From positions 75,186-139,185 of the forward strand of contig DATKZX010000008.1 in NCBI GenBank assembly GCA_035527755.1: a DNA stretch of 64,000 bases, read 5' to 3'. Numbering within the stretch: the first letter of the stretch is position 1; each line of letters opens with the position of its first letter. The stretch comes from Methanomassiliicoccales archaeon. Lineage in GTDB: Archaea > Thermoplasmatota > Thermoplasmata > Methanomassiliicoccales > UBA472. Below the pieces are notes generated by a model that saw only the letters and a program-made list of their open reading frames with translations, was not told where the DNA came from and did not search any database. The translations under genes and the position numbers were made by a program. This document shows, piece by piece, positions 41,435-50,606 of this stretch.

Positions 41435-41661
41435 TCCCCTTCCATGTCGGTGATCTCATCGGCCACCTTCAGGCAGGCCATGAGGTCTTCGACGGTGTGC
41501 AGTAGGGACATCAGGCCTTTTGCCTTGCATTCCACTTTGAGCACCGGGCCCTCCACCCAGGACTTGGCATGGTCCCCATTGTCCAGTTCCAATGAGCGGT
41601 TGATGTTCATGGCACGTTCTTCGCTACCCATGTCCAGCTCCAGTAGGCAGGTCGCTTCCAC
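41431..41661 (-). CDS. probable KEOPS subunit Pcc1
   Basis: 76-aa ORF whose pattern (strand - SEERA..I.RSL - VEG..L.VE..A....L..TV.DL..CLKVADEI) resembles Pcc1/CTAG. GTG start. Convergent 4-nt overlap with tgtA. TAG stop. Confidence 0.55.
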   Translation of the reverse strand: MEATCLLELDMGSEERAMNINRSLELDNGDHAKSWVEGPVLKVECKAKGLMSLLHTVEDLMACLKVADEITDMEGD

Positions 41662-41763
41662 GAAAGGTCAATGCCTCCTCGCGGATAAATCATCTTTGTT
41701 ATGCTAACCGCCTGTCGCCAATGGATAGGTTAGAAACCCGATCTGAGGATCGAGTGAAAAATG

Positions 41764-41839
41764 TGGTAGCCCCGTCCAGATTCGAACTGGAGTCGCCGGC
41801 TCCAAAGGCCAGCATGATTGACCACTACACTACGGGGCT
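41764..41839 (-). tRNA. tRNA-Gln (anticodon UUG), CCA encoded
   Basis: AGCCCCGTAGTGTAGTGGTCAATCATGCTGGCCTTTGGAGCCGGCGACTCCAGTTCGAATCTGGACGGGGCTACCA. A1:U72 pair, T-loop TTCGAAT, anticodon loop CTTTGGA. Confidence 0.9.
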
Positions 41840-41868
41840 CTAGGAGACCTCGATGCGATATCCCCTAT

Positions 41869-43164
41869 TTAATTTTCAATATCGCTGAGGACAGACCCGT
41901 AAAAATGAGTGGGGGTGGCCGAGGTTATCTTTACACGGACCCTTTTCCACAACGGAAGTTCGTCCTGGATGACCACTAGGAGGTAGTCGTCCGTACGTGC
42001 CATGACGCTCTTTCCCCTTCCCTTCTCATCTACGAGCACGGAATATTCCCGACCGACCTTCGATGAGTTTATCTGCGAAGATATGTGGAATCTTAGCGCG
42101 CTCAGCTCCCTCGATCGCTCCTTTGATACAAGGCCGGGAACCTGATCCTCCAAGCCCTCGGCCGCCGTTCCCGGCCGGGCGGAGAACCTGGTGACGTTGA
42201 TGATGTTCGGGCGTAGGTCCTCCATAAGCCTAACGGTCGCCCGGTGGTCCTCTATGGTCTCCCCGGGAAAACCGGTGATGACATCAGTGGCGATCGTTAG
42301 CTCCGGGACGGCCGTACGTATCTTGTTCACCAGGTCCAAGAACACTTTTGCGGAATACCTCCTTCCCATGGCATGGATGATGTGGTCACTGCCGCTTTGT
42401 ACTGGAATGTGCAAAAAACGGTAGAGGTTAGGGTGCTGGTAGACCTCCGCCAAATCATCGACGATATCGTTCAGGTTGTCCGGGTTCATCATGCCCACCC
42501 TGATGCGGAAATCCCCGGAGAGGTCGCAGATCGCCCTGAGGAGGTCGGGTAGGCGCTCTTGGCCGTCCATGCCATATCCCGCCGTATCCTGGGAGGTCAC
42601 CAGTATTTCACTTACCCCTTGGGACAGGGAACGTTTGGCCCTGTCCCGCAGCTCTTCAATAGGATAGCTTTTCAGGTCCCCCCTCGCTATTTTGGTGATA
42701 CAATATGTGCACGAACCCCTGCAGCCTTGGGCAATTGGCAGTATCGAGGATCCCGCCAGTTCGTCATTTTCCAACGTCGTTCCCATAACGCCGAACTCTT
42801 GCCTGAGGATCGCTGGGAGGCTCGGATAATCGGAAGTCCCGCAGACCAAGGCTCCAGGGAATTCCTGCAGCAATCGTTCCCTGGCGACCGAGGCTAAGCA
42901 ACCGATGATGACCAATCTCTTGCCGTATTCCTGTAGTTTATGCAGACGCCGGAGTATCTTTCTCTCCGTGGGGGCGATGACCACGCAGGTATTGACCACT
43001 GCGACATCAGCCGACTCGACCTCCGACACGACAGTATGTCCCATTCCACTTAGGCAGTGCATCAGGTCCTGGGACTCCCCCTGGTTCATGGTGCAGCCAT
43101 AGGTTTCGAAATAGAACCTCACGGCCGCAAATCGCACCATGTAATTATTATAGATAGTGCCCAA
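41869..43164 (-). CDS. radical-SAM methylthiotransferase, MiaB/MtaB (CDKAL1-like) family
   Basis: UPF0004 N-domain (YFETYGCTMNQGES), radical-SAM CRGSCTYC, C-terminal TRAM-like domain. The start may be M9 (43140). Confidence 0.85.
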   Translation of the reverse strand: MGTIYNNYMVRFAAVRFYFETYGCTMNQGESQDLMHCLSGMGHTVVSEVESADVAVVNTCVVIAPTERKILRRLHKLQEYGKRLVIIGCLASVARERLLQEFPGALVCGTSDYPSLPAILRQEFGVMGTTLENDELAGSSILPIAQGCRGSCTYCITKIARGDLKSYPIEELRDRAKRSLSQGVSEILVTSQDTAGYGMDGQERLPDLLRAICDLSGDFRIRVGMMNPDNLNDIVDDLAEVYQHPNLYRFLHIPVQSGSDHIIHAMGRRYSAKVFLDLVNKIRTAVPELTIATDVITGFPGETIEDHRATVRLMEDLRPNIINVTRFSARPGTAAEGLEDQVPGLVSKERSRELSALRFHISSQINSSKVGREYSVLVDEKGRGKSVMARTDDYLLVVIQDELPLWKRVRVKITSATPTHFYGSVLSDIEN

Positions 43165-43184
43165 ACGAATGTTTTAGAACGGAT

Positions 43185-44132
43185 ATGTTGTTGGAATCGT
43201 TTTTGCTGGTAGCTGGTATTGTCCTACTTTACTTCGGAGGGGACTGGTTGGTCGATGGAGCCTCGCGATTGGCGGTATCCTTAGGGGTCAGCACATTCGT
43301 CATAGGTCTTACCGTCGTGGCCATTGGCACCTCCGCACCAGAGGCGGCGTTGGCAATAATCTCCACCTGGGAAGGCGAACCGTCCATCGCCTTCGGAAAC
43401 ATCGTTGGTTCCAATATAGCCAATATCGGACTGGTCCTGGGAATCTCCTGCTTCATATGTCCCTTGATGGTGAGAATGCAACTGCTCAAACGAGAGGCGC
43501 TTTTCCTAATGGTATCCATCATGGCCATAGCCATCTTGGGCCTGGACGGTCACATCGCGAAGGCTGACGCACTGATATTTTTGACGGTGGCGGTGGCCTT
43601 CAACCTATACATACTACATTCGGCCAGAACGACCAGGCCATTGCAGAAGAAACCCAGTAAGGATATCATTGCTGGTTACGGAAGAAGGTGGCGACACATA
43701 GCTCTCCTCTCCCTGGGAATATTGCTGCTCGTAGCGGGATCCCAACTCGTGTTGATGGGGGCGGTGGGCATAGCCACCGCTCTAGGCGTGGACCAGTTCG
43801 TCATAGGATTGACAGTGGTGGCCATTGGAACTTCCATACCGGAACTGGCCGTCTCCATCTCCTCAGCATGCAAATTGGAGAGCAGCCTCTTGCTAGGCAC
43901 ATTGCTGGGTAGTAATATATCCAATACTTTTTTGGTCCTCGGTATGGCCTCTGCAATTGCCCCGATAGGGGTGCCGGTTGAATTCTACTCCATCACACTT
44001 CCGTTCACCTTGATACTTTACGGCACCCTCATCGCCTTCATGTACCGGAAGAGCAGATTGGATCGGAAAACGTCCCTGGTATTGCTGATCACTTACGCAC
44101 TATACATCATTCTTCTGATGACGTTAGGTTAA
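43185..44132 (+). CDS. Ca2+/cation antiporter (CaCA / YrbG family)
   Basis: About 10 transmembrane helices with two alpha-repeats (GTSAPEAALA...GNIVGSNIANIGL; GTSIPELAVS...GTLLGSNISNTFL). Confidence 0.85.
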   Translation: MLLESFLLVAGIVLLYFGGDWLVDGASRLAVSLGVSTFVIGLTVVAIGTSAPEAALAIISTWEGEPSIAFGNIVGSNIANIGLVLGISCFICPLMVRMQLLKREALFLMVSIMAIAILGLDGHIAKADALIFLTVAVAFNLYILHSARTTRPLQKKPSKDIIAGYGRRWRHIALLSLGILLLVAGSQLVLMGAVGIATALGVDQFVIGLTVVAIGTSIPELAVSISSACKLESSLLLGTLLGSNISNTFLVLGMASAIAPIGVPVEFYSITLPFTLILYGTLIAFMYRKSRLDRKTSLVLLITYALYIILLMTLG

Positions 44133-44193
44133 TACATGGGCCAGATAACAATGGCGAAATTCAATGCGGGACTTACTGCGACCATTATCATCT

Positions 44194-44658
44194 TTAGTTC
44201 TCTACTAATTCAAGCAAATGCCGATATTGCCAATCGCGCTCCTTGACCGTGGCAGCATCGGCATCATGGGGGATCGTAGCGTCACGAACAGCGGTGGCCG
44301 CGTAAATGGCAGCGGCGATTGCATGACTGGGAACATGTGCGGTCGCCAACGCTTGACCTGCGGCACGGGCAGCGGAACGAGCCGCGTCATCCTTCTCAAC
44401 ATCACGCGCCGCCGCATGTGCCGCAAGAGCGTCCCTACGTATATCGGCCATCCTGAACACACCCGTTCGTGTCCATGTGCGTAACTTATCTATGGCATTT
44501 CGAGGACGATCATCTTCTGGACGCAGTTCTTCAAAATAATGTAGTGCCCGCTCGGCGCAGTCAGCCGCCCATATGGCTAATAATTTGTGATCGGTCCTTC
44601 TCGCCAGCTCCTCGATCGGCTCGTCCATGATCGTTCTTGCCATCTTTCGCTTTTTCAT
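44194..44658 (-). CDS. Imm-5-like putative immunity protein family (Ala-rich helical repeat protein)
   Basis: 154 aa. The pattern LAIWAADCAERALHYFE...DDRPRNAI...W.....R..ALAAHAAAR...AARSAARAAGQALATAHVPSHAIAAAIYA recalls the putative-immunity family common in high-GC bacteria. Recognised from memory, not searched. Confidence 0.5.
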   Translation of the reverse strand: MKKRKMARTIMDEPIEELARRTDHKLLAIWAADCAERALHYFEELRPEDDRPRNAIDKLRTWTRTGVFRMADIRRDALAAHAAARDVEKDDAARSAARAAGQALATAHVPSHAIAAAIYAATAVRDATIPHDADAATVKERDWQYRHLLELVEN

Positions 44659-44988
44659 TTTTTTTCATTCCTGATATGATCATCCATCCTTTTGTTGGAC
44701 CCGGTTCGTGTTATACTGGCACTAGCGGACCCTACTTCCAACCATAACGTAAACAAGTTAATTTTATTACATTATATTCGAAGGTACTTACCCGAAGGTG
44801 TCATGATGAGGTCGTTGATAATGTGTAGTCAAATGTCTGGTGTACAAAAATCCCAATTTAACTCTTAAACCGCATGCTAGACAAGAATATGGCTTAAAGT
44901 CGATGACTAAATAATGTGTCCATATGACCAAAGGCCCCCCACTTGACATACCTAAATTAAAAAATAAATAGCTGGAGGCTTGAGGAAA

Positions 44989-45273
44989 TTAAGTACTGTC
45001 CTCATCTTTCTGAGACAAACTCTCTATCATTGCTCCAAGGAAGCAGCAGGGCTCGTTCGCTTTTTTTACCGGGCCAGCGCACAAACCTTCCTCCTCGATC
45101 AGAGCGACGTTCGGATGACGCTCCATCAGGACCATGAGCAGCCAATCCTTTTCTCCGGAGTCCTCGAAGTGTATCTCTCCCATCTCTTTGGAACCATCCA
45201 TATCCACTTTATTCAATTGGATAGCTCCTCCGTTCCCTTCCTTCACATTTTTAATAGTCAGAGTGATCAACAT
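44989..45273 (-). CDS. small hypothetical protein, paralogue B (94 aa)
   Basis: Intact ORF starting 4 nt after the stop of paralogue A. The two share M..(S/T)L.I......GG.I....K....G..F....E.D.LL..LM..HP.V. Confidence 0.55.
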   Translation of the reverse strand: MLITLTIKNVKEGNGGAIQLNKVDMDGSKEMGEIHFEDSGEKDWLLMVLMERHPNVALIEEEGLCAGPVKKANEPCCFLGAMIESLSQKDEDST

Positions 45274-45277
45274 CGTA

Positions 45278-45532
45278 TCACTTCCTATAACCCGGCCTCT
45301 GTGGCCATTGGTAATACGTATCGACGAAGCATCCAGTTGGGAGGTTGTTTTCCATAATGCTAACCTCAGGGTGACCGTTCATCAACATTTCAAGAAGGAC
45401 ATCCAGTTCCTCCTTGTTGTTAAAAAATAGAGTTCCAGCAGCGTGAGTGCAGGTGATGGATCCCCGCTTCCACACTTCGATCCTGCCGCCTTCATCATTC
45501 TCATTGCCATAGATCTTCAATGACAGGTACAT
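45278..45532 (-). CDS. small hypothetical protein, paralogue A (84 aa)
   Basis: Intact ORF. GAGGATGAT Shine-Dalgarno-like sequence about 7 nt upstream of the ATG. Paralogous to the next gene. Confidence 0.55.
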   Translation of the reverse strand: MYLSLKIYGNENDEGGRIEVWKRGSITCTHAAGTLFFNNKEELDVLLEMLMNGHPEVSIMENNLPTGCFVDTYYQWPQRPGYRK

Positions 45533-45908
45533 GGCTTTTTCATCATCCTCTGTTTATGAATGGCGGACCATTTCGGGTCGCACAATCAGATAATCTGATT
45601 CTGTATCAAGACACTGCGTATAAGCAAATTTCCTCACGTTCTGAAAATTCCCAGATCGAGTATGTAATACGAGGTTGGAGTATTGAATATATGTTATAAA
45701 TGTCAGATTATCGTAGCCTCAAAGGACCTTATAATTCGGTTATTGGCGATGTATAATGACCCGATTGATCCGACTAGACAAAAAAACAAATGGTAGAAGG
45801 TCAAAGTCCCAGGTATCAATAACAATCTACGTGCACATAACAAAGATCCGAAAACATATTCACATCCGCGTCACGCCGTCTCCTATTCTGTATCTAAATT
45901 TAAATTAA

Positions 45909-45927
45909 ATGGGGATTTTATCCCCAT
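45909..45927. terminator. perfect 8-bp hairpin flanked by T/A runs (bidirectional terminator candidate)
   Basis: ATGGGGAT-TTT-ATCCCCAT. It is followed on the plus strand by T8 (45939-45946) and on the minus strand by an AT-rich run. Confidence 0.45.
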
Positions 45928-45954
45928 CGTTGTACACCTTTTTTTTGGAATTCG

Positions 45955-46086
45955 CTACCTGAATTTCAGAATCCCCATTGCAAACAATACTATCACTGCT
46001 AATACAATTGCGCCAAGTAGACCAAATATGAACCATCCAACGATGAATGCGATGACCGATCCAAGTCCTAGCGCCCCCCAATTCAT
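45955..46086 (-). CDS. candidate 43-aa hydrophobic peptide (below the ORF-track cutoff)
   Basis: My translation: MNWGALGLGSVIAFIVGWFIFGLLGAIVLAVIVLFAMGILKFR, then TAG. Uniformly transmembrane-like. TATA-like CTATAATAAA about 50 nt upstream and GGTGAT 16 nt upstream. Confidence 0.35.
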   Translation of the reverse strand: MNWGALGLGSVIAFIVGWFIFGLLGAIVLAVIVLFAMGILKFR

Positions 46087-46413
46087 GGTCAATGCCATTT
46101 ATATCACCATTTGATTTAGTGCGTCTGGGGTTTATTATAGTTCCTTTTTTGATCGAACGGTTTTCGAGGGTACTATTTACCATCTGGCTTTATAATACGT
46201 CATTGTCTATCAGACCAATCGTTTGCCATACCATTCGTTCTGTTCAATTACAGCCTCGTGAGCTCTGGTCCATCATTTAATGTTATGATCGCCCTATTTA
46301 TGATCACAACCAAGTAAAACTGATTACGTGGCCGGAGTGCAAATTGGTAACTATATCGAAGGCACGGTTTTCCAATTAGACTGGATAACCACTATTGGTC
46401 TGATCATCACCGT

Positions 46414-46767
46414 CTATAAGGGTCCTCCAAGCGTAGGAAGGAAGAGACCGATTATAAACGCCAATATCCAGATGATTATGGCGATGATCAATGCCTTGCC
46501 CCAACCAATCTTGTAAAGGCCCTTGAGGGCCAATAGCCATACTATCCCGGCCACCACAGCTGCCAGCAGACCGTTTCCTAGTAAGAAGTACGTCAATGCG
46601 TAAATGACCGTACCGATAACTGCTGCCAAGAGCGCTATACCGATCCCTTCCTCCTGCCCAAACATTTTGGTGACAACGTAGATCACTATCGTTGAGACCA
46701 CCAATGCGACCAGGAATCCAACAATGGTAGTTAATTCAATATCGGCCATGTAACTAATTTGGTTCAA
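46414..46767 (-). CDS. hypothetical integral membrane protein (about 4 transmembrane helices)
   Basis: 117-aa ORF, or 111 aa from MADIELTT. Gly/Ala/Ile-rich helices; no family recognised. TAG stop. Confidence 0.55.
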   Translation of the reverse strand: MNQISYMADIELTTIVGFLVALVVSTIVIYVVTKMFGQEEGIGIALLAAVIGTVIYALTYFLLGNGLLAAVVAGIVWLLALKGLYKIGWGKALIIAIIIWILAFIIGLFLPTLGGPL

Positions 46768-46967
46768 GACATTATTAATCTTTCTTTCTGCTGAAGTTCA
46801 AGAAGTAACCATTCCAACCTAATTATTTGGGAGGTGAATAACCAATTCTACTAATTATAAATACGAATAAAAAGAGGATGCGGTTATGAATGCGCTAACT
46901 TGATCGATCGTCTAGTGCACGAACAACATCTGATTGGGCTGAAAAACCGAGGGCCTAGATAAGAAAA

Positions 46968-47054
46968 TGGCGCGAAGGGGGGGATTCGAACCCCCGGGTC
47001 CTTGCGAACAATGGATTAGCAATCCATCGCCTTGCCGGGCTGGGCCACCTCCGC
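46968..47054 (-). tRNA. tRNA-Ser (anticodon GCU), CCA encoded
   Basis: GCGGAGGTGGCCCAGCCCGGCAAGGCGATGGATTGCTAATCCATTGTTCGCAAGGACCCGGGGGTTCGAATCCCCCCCTTCGCGCCA. Long variable arm, anticodon loop TTGCTAA. TTTAATAA box about 30 nt upstream. Confidence 0.9.
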
Positions 47055-47391
47055 TTTTTTGCTGCAAAAGCGAGAAACGTTATTAAAGCTTTTGTCTGGA
47101 CGGTATTCCATTCCAGGAAATGTGGTCGATGGTATATCCAATTTTATGAGCCACAAACTTAATATTCTCACAAAGTAAACCAATGAAGTTAATAACTATA
47201 GTTAATATAAAATTTAATCCAAGCGTTAAATAATCCTTTTTGAATCGAATAATTATAGTTAAATTTTATTAATTGTAATTTTTTATATAGGCATTAACCA
47301 TATTTTATTAAATCACTCGATAATCGATATAATAGATCTCTAAAAAATGGAGGTTAGCTAAGGGGTTTAGGAGATGTATTTTGAGTAAAAA

Positions 47392-48146
47392 ATGAAGACT
47401 TCGGCCTTATTGGTCGTAATGCTGGCATCTTGTATTTTTATTCTGCCTGCTTGCGATGCGGCCGAGGAAACGGAAGTTCCCGTGCCTATAATTCTCCCCG
47501 GGGAAGGAGAGAATTTCCCGGTAACAGTGTATTTCGCTGACAATATGGTTTTTACGCCTCAATGGAGGATCGGGAACTTTGTGCGCATAGAGATGATGAT
47601 CATCGATCTGAGAGGTTCTGGGGGAGGTATGCAGCCGAAGGACGTCTCATCTCTGGAAATGAACATATATGAAAAGAGCGAGCTGTTGCAGGACCCAACC
47701 CTGATCGCCAATACCAGGATGGTATCGGTGAGCTATATCCACGTATGGATAGTTGATCAGGATGAACCGCGGTTTGGGATGAAACATTAGGTTGGGATGT
47801 GACCATCTATTCCCAGACAGATTTTTCGGATCAGTTCAGACGGGAGATCAATAAAGAGGGTTTCCTAATATATTGGGGTTAATGGGATACCTCCGGGCTG
47901 CCAGCGGGAACTCACACTGTCCATGTAGATCTAGGTGATCTCTATACTATAATGCACTCGACCGGCAACAACAAGACCGATATAGATCATCCGATCGAGA
48001 TCCTTGCGGACGATCCGCTCGATCCGCAGTATGTCGCCTATGACCTTGGGATAGGAGGGGTGACGGACGACATGGCCTGGTTGGAGCTGGGGGTACTCGT
48101 GGAGAAAGGCTCAAAGGGTAACCAGGGCGGTGGAAAGGGCCGTTAG
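47392..48146 (+). pseudogene. decayed gene for a secreted beta-rich protein (one frameshift and one in-frame TAA)
   Basis: Frame 1 gives a 132-aa ORF with a signal peptide (MKTSALLVVMLASCIFILPACDA) ending at TAG 47788. From about 47766 a protein-like reading continues in another frame (AVWDETLGWDVTIYSQTDF...FLIYWG). It is interrupted by TAA at 47880, then resumes as WDTSGLPAGTHTVHVDLGDLY... to 48146. Confidence 0.5.
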
Positions 48147-48448
48147 ATAATTCATTATAAGCAAACCACCGAAAGGGGCCACCCGGTCCCCGTTTTTTCT
48201 TTCCTTCATCCAGACAAACAGGTAATGAAAATCGTTGATCCGAATCAATTATACATACGGCATCGATCTTTACTAACGAACTCTGGAAAAGCATTCAATC
48301 GTACTGGCTATGCGTTCAAGATATGCTCAGACGATGTTGTTGGCCTTACATCCAGAAAAATCGTCGTACGGAAAAGGTGATATAGACCTGCCATAATGGA
48401 GAGAATAGAAGTGTCAAAATCACTTCGATAAGGGATGTCCCGAAACGG

Positions 48449-48458
48449 TTATATATAA
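48449..48458 (+). promoter_or_regulatory. candidate TATA box of the 16S transcription unit
   Basis: TTATATATAA preceded by purine-rich CGAAACGG. It lies about 270 nt upstream of the 16S 5' end and upstream of the processing-helix arm. Confidence 0.4.
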
Positions 48459-48593
48459 GACCGAAGTTAAGGGATTTCTGCGCTGACATTCAGCGACAAA
48501 AACGCCGAACTGGATGCTTGCATCTGGTGGCGAAAGGAATGGGAATGGAGAATCAAGATCTCCGTCGAAATCGCGACGTGCTCTCTTGGTTCT

Positions 48594-48658
48594 GACGCTC
48601 GATGGCAGTTACTGTTTCAAAAGAAATGGTACTGCTGGTGAAACTTGGTAACTCTGCC
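48594..48658 (+). other. 5' arm of the 16S pre-rRNA processing helix
   Basis: GACGCTCGATG (48594-48604) and CTTGGTAACTCTGCC (48644-48658) are complementary to 50275-50285 and 50248-50262. Confidence 0.6.
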
Positions 48659-48718
48659 AAATTCTTTAAGATATATACATCCTAGGCGATCAATTAATAA
48701 TGAGTCGTCGAGGGATCA

Positions 48719-50187
<1,469 letters not shown>

Positions 50188-50193
50188 ACGCAA

Positions 50194-50237
50194 GGGGAAA
50201 CACTGTGAAGCTATGAAGGCATTACGTGTGTTTCCCC
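50194..50237 (+). other. perfect 10-bp hairpin immediately 3' of the 16S
   Basis: GGGGAAACAC (50194-50203) pairs with GTGTTTCCCC (50228-50237), enclosing 24 intervening nt. Confidence 0.5.
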
Positions 50238-50247
50238 CACCAATTCA

Positions 50248-50285
50248 GGCAGGGTTACCAAGCACTAAAAACAACATCGAGCGTC
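50248..50285 (+). other. 3' arm of the 16S pre-rRNA processing helix
   Basis: GGCAGGGTTACCAAG (50248-50262; 15 bp with one G-U) and CATCGAGCGTC (50275-50285; 11 bp perfect), nested with the 5' arm. T-rich run at 50293-50310. Confidence 0.6.
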
Positions 50286-50606
50286 CCATTCTTCAATTTT
50301 TAATTTTTAAAATAGAATTTATTCCTGATGATCTCAAAACGTCATACTCATTTTGCTTTCTGTGAAAGAAAGTAATGATCTGATGATGTTTTTATTTGAA
50401 AGCAAGGACCGGCTACGGTCTGCATTTCGTCCTCCGTTTACTCCAAGCAACTGGGATGGGCATCCGGGATGCGCCAGAACCGGGAAAGGGAGCGCGTTTC
50501 GTCATTCAGGTGCTAAAGTGCTGTGTTCGGAAAAAACGGACGAATGTGGTACTCAGGGAGAAATAATAAAATATCATGCTTGGCTATGGACCATTCCCGT
50601 GAAGGC

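Noticed and set aside
45556-45705. 49-codon plus-strand ORF (MNGGPFRVAQSDNLILYQ...) in the spacer upstream of the small paralogues
   Set aside because: No Shine-Dalgarno sequence or promoter in the proper position. It overlaps the palindrome and presumed promoter of the opposite-strand operon, and its composition is unremarkable.
47111-47121. TTCCAGGAAAT, reminiscent of an archaeal mini-ORB origin box, in an AT-rich spacer
   Set aside because: Single copy, shorter than the TCCAGTGGAAA core, no inverted partner and no orc1/cdc6 gene nearby.
47947-48294. 115-aa minus-strand ORF overlapping the pseudogene 3' part
   Set aside because: Pro/Arg/Ser-rich, antisense to a protein-like frame, with no start context.
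48579-48590. GTGCTCTCTTGG upstream of the 16S could pair with CCAAGCAC at 50258-50265
   Set aside because: That pairing is not nested with the 11-bp and 15-bp helices (it would need a pseudoknot), and it overlaps the better 15-bp partner. Probably coincidental.
50320-50395. Box C/D-like motifs (TGATGA at about 50326; ATGATCTGATGATG at about 50380) downstream of the 16S
   Set aside because: Spacing does not fit the C / 12-nt guide / D' / C' / 12-nt guide / D layout. There is no CUGA at the expected D' position and no terminal stem.
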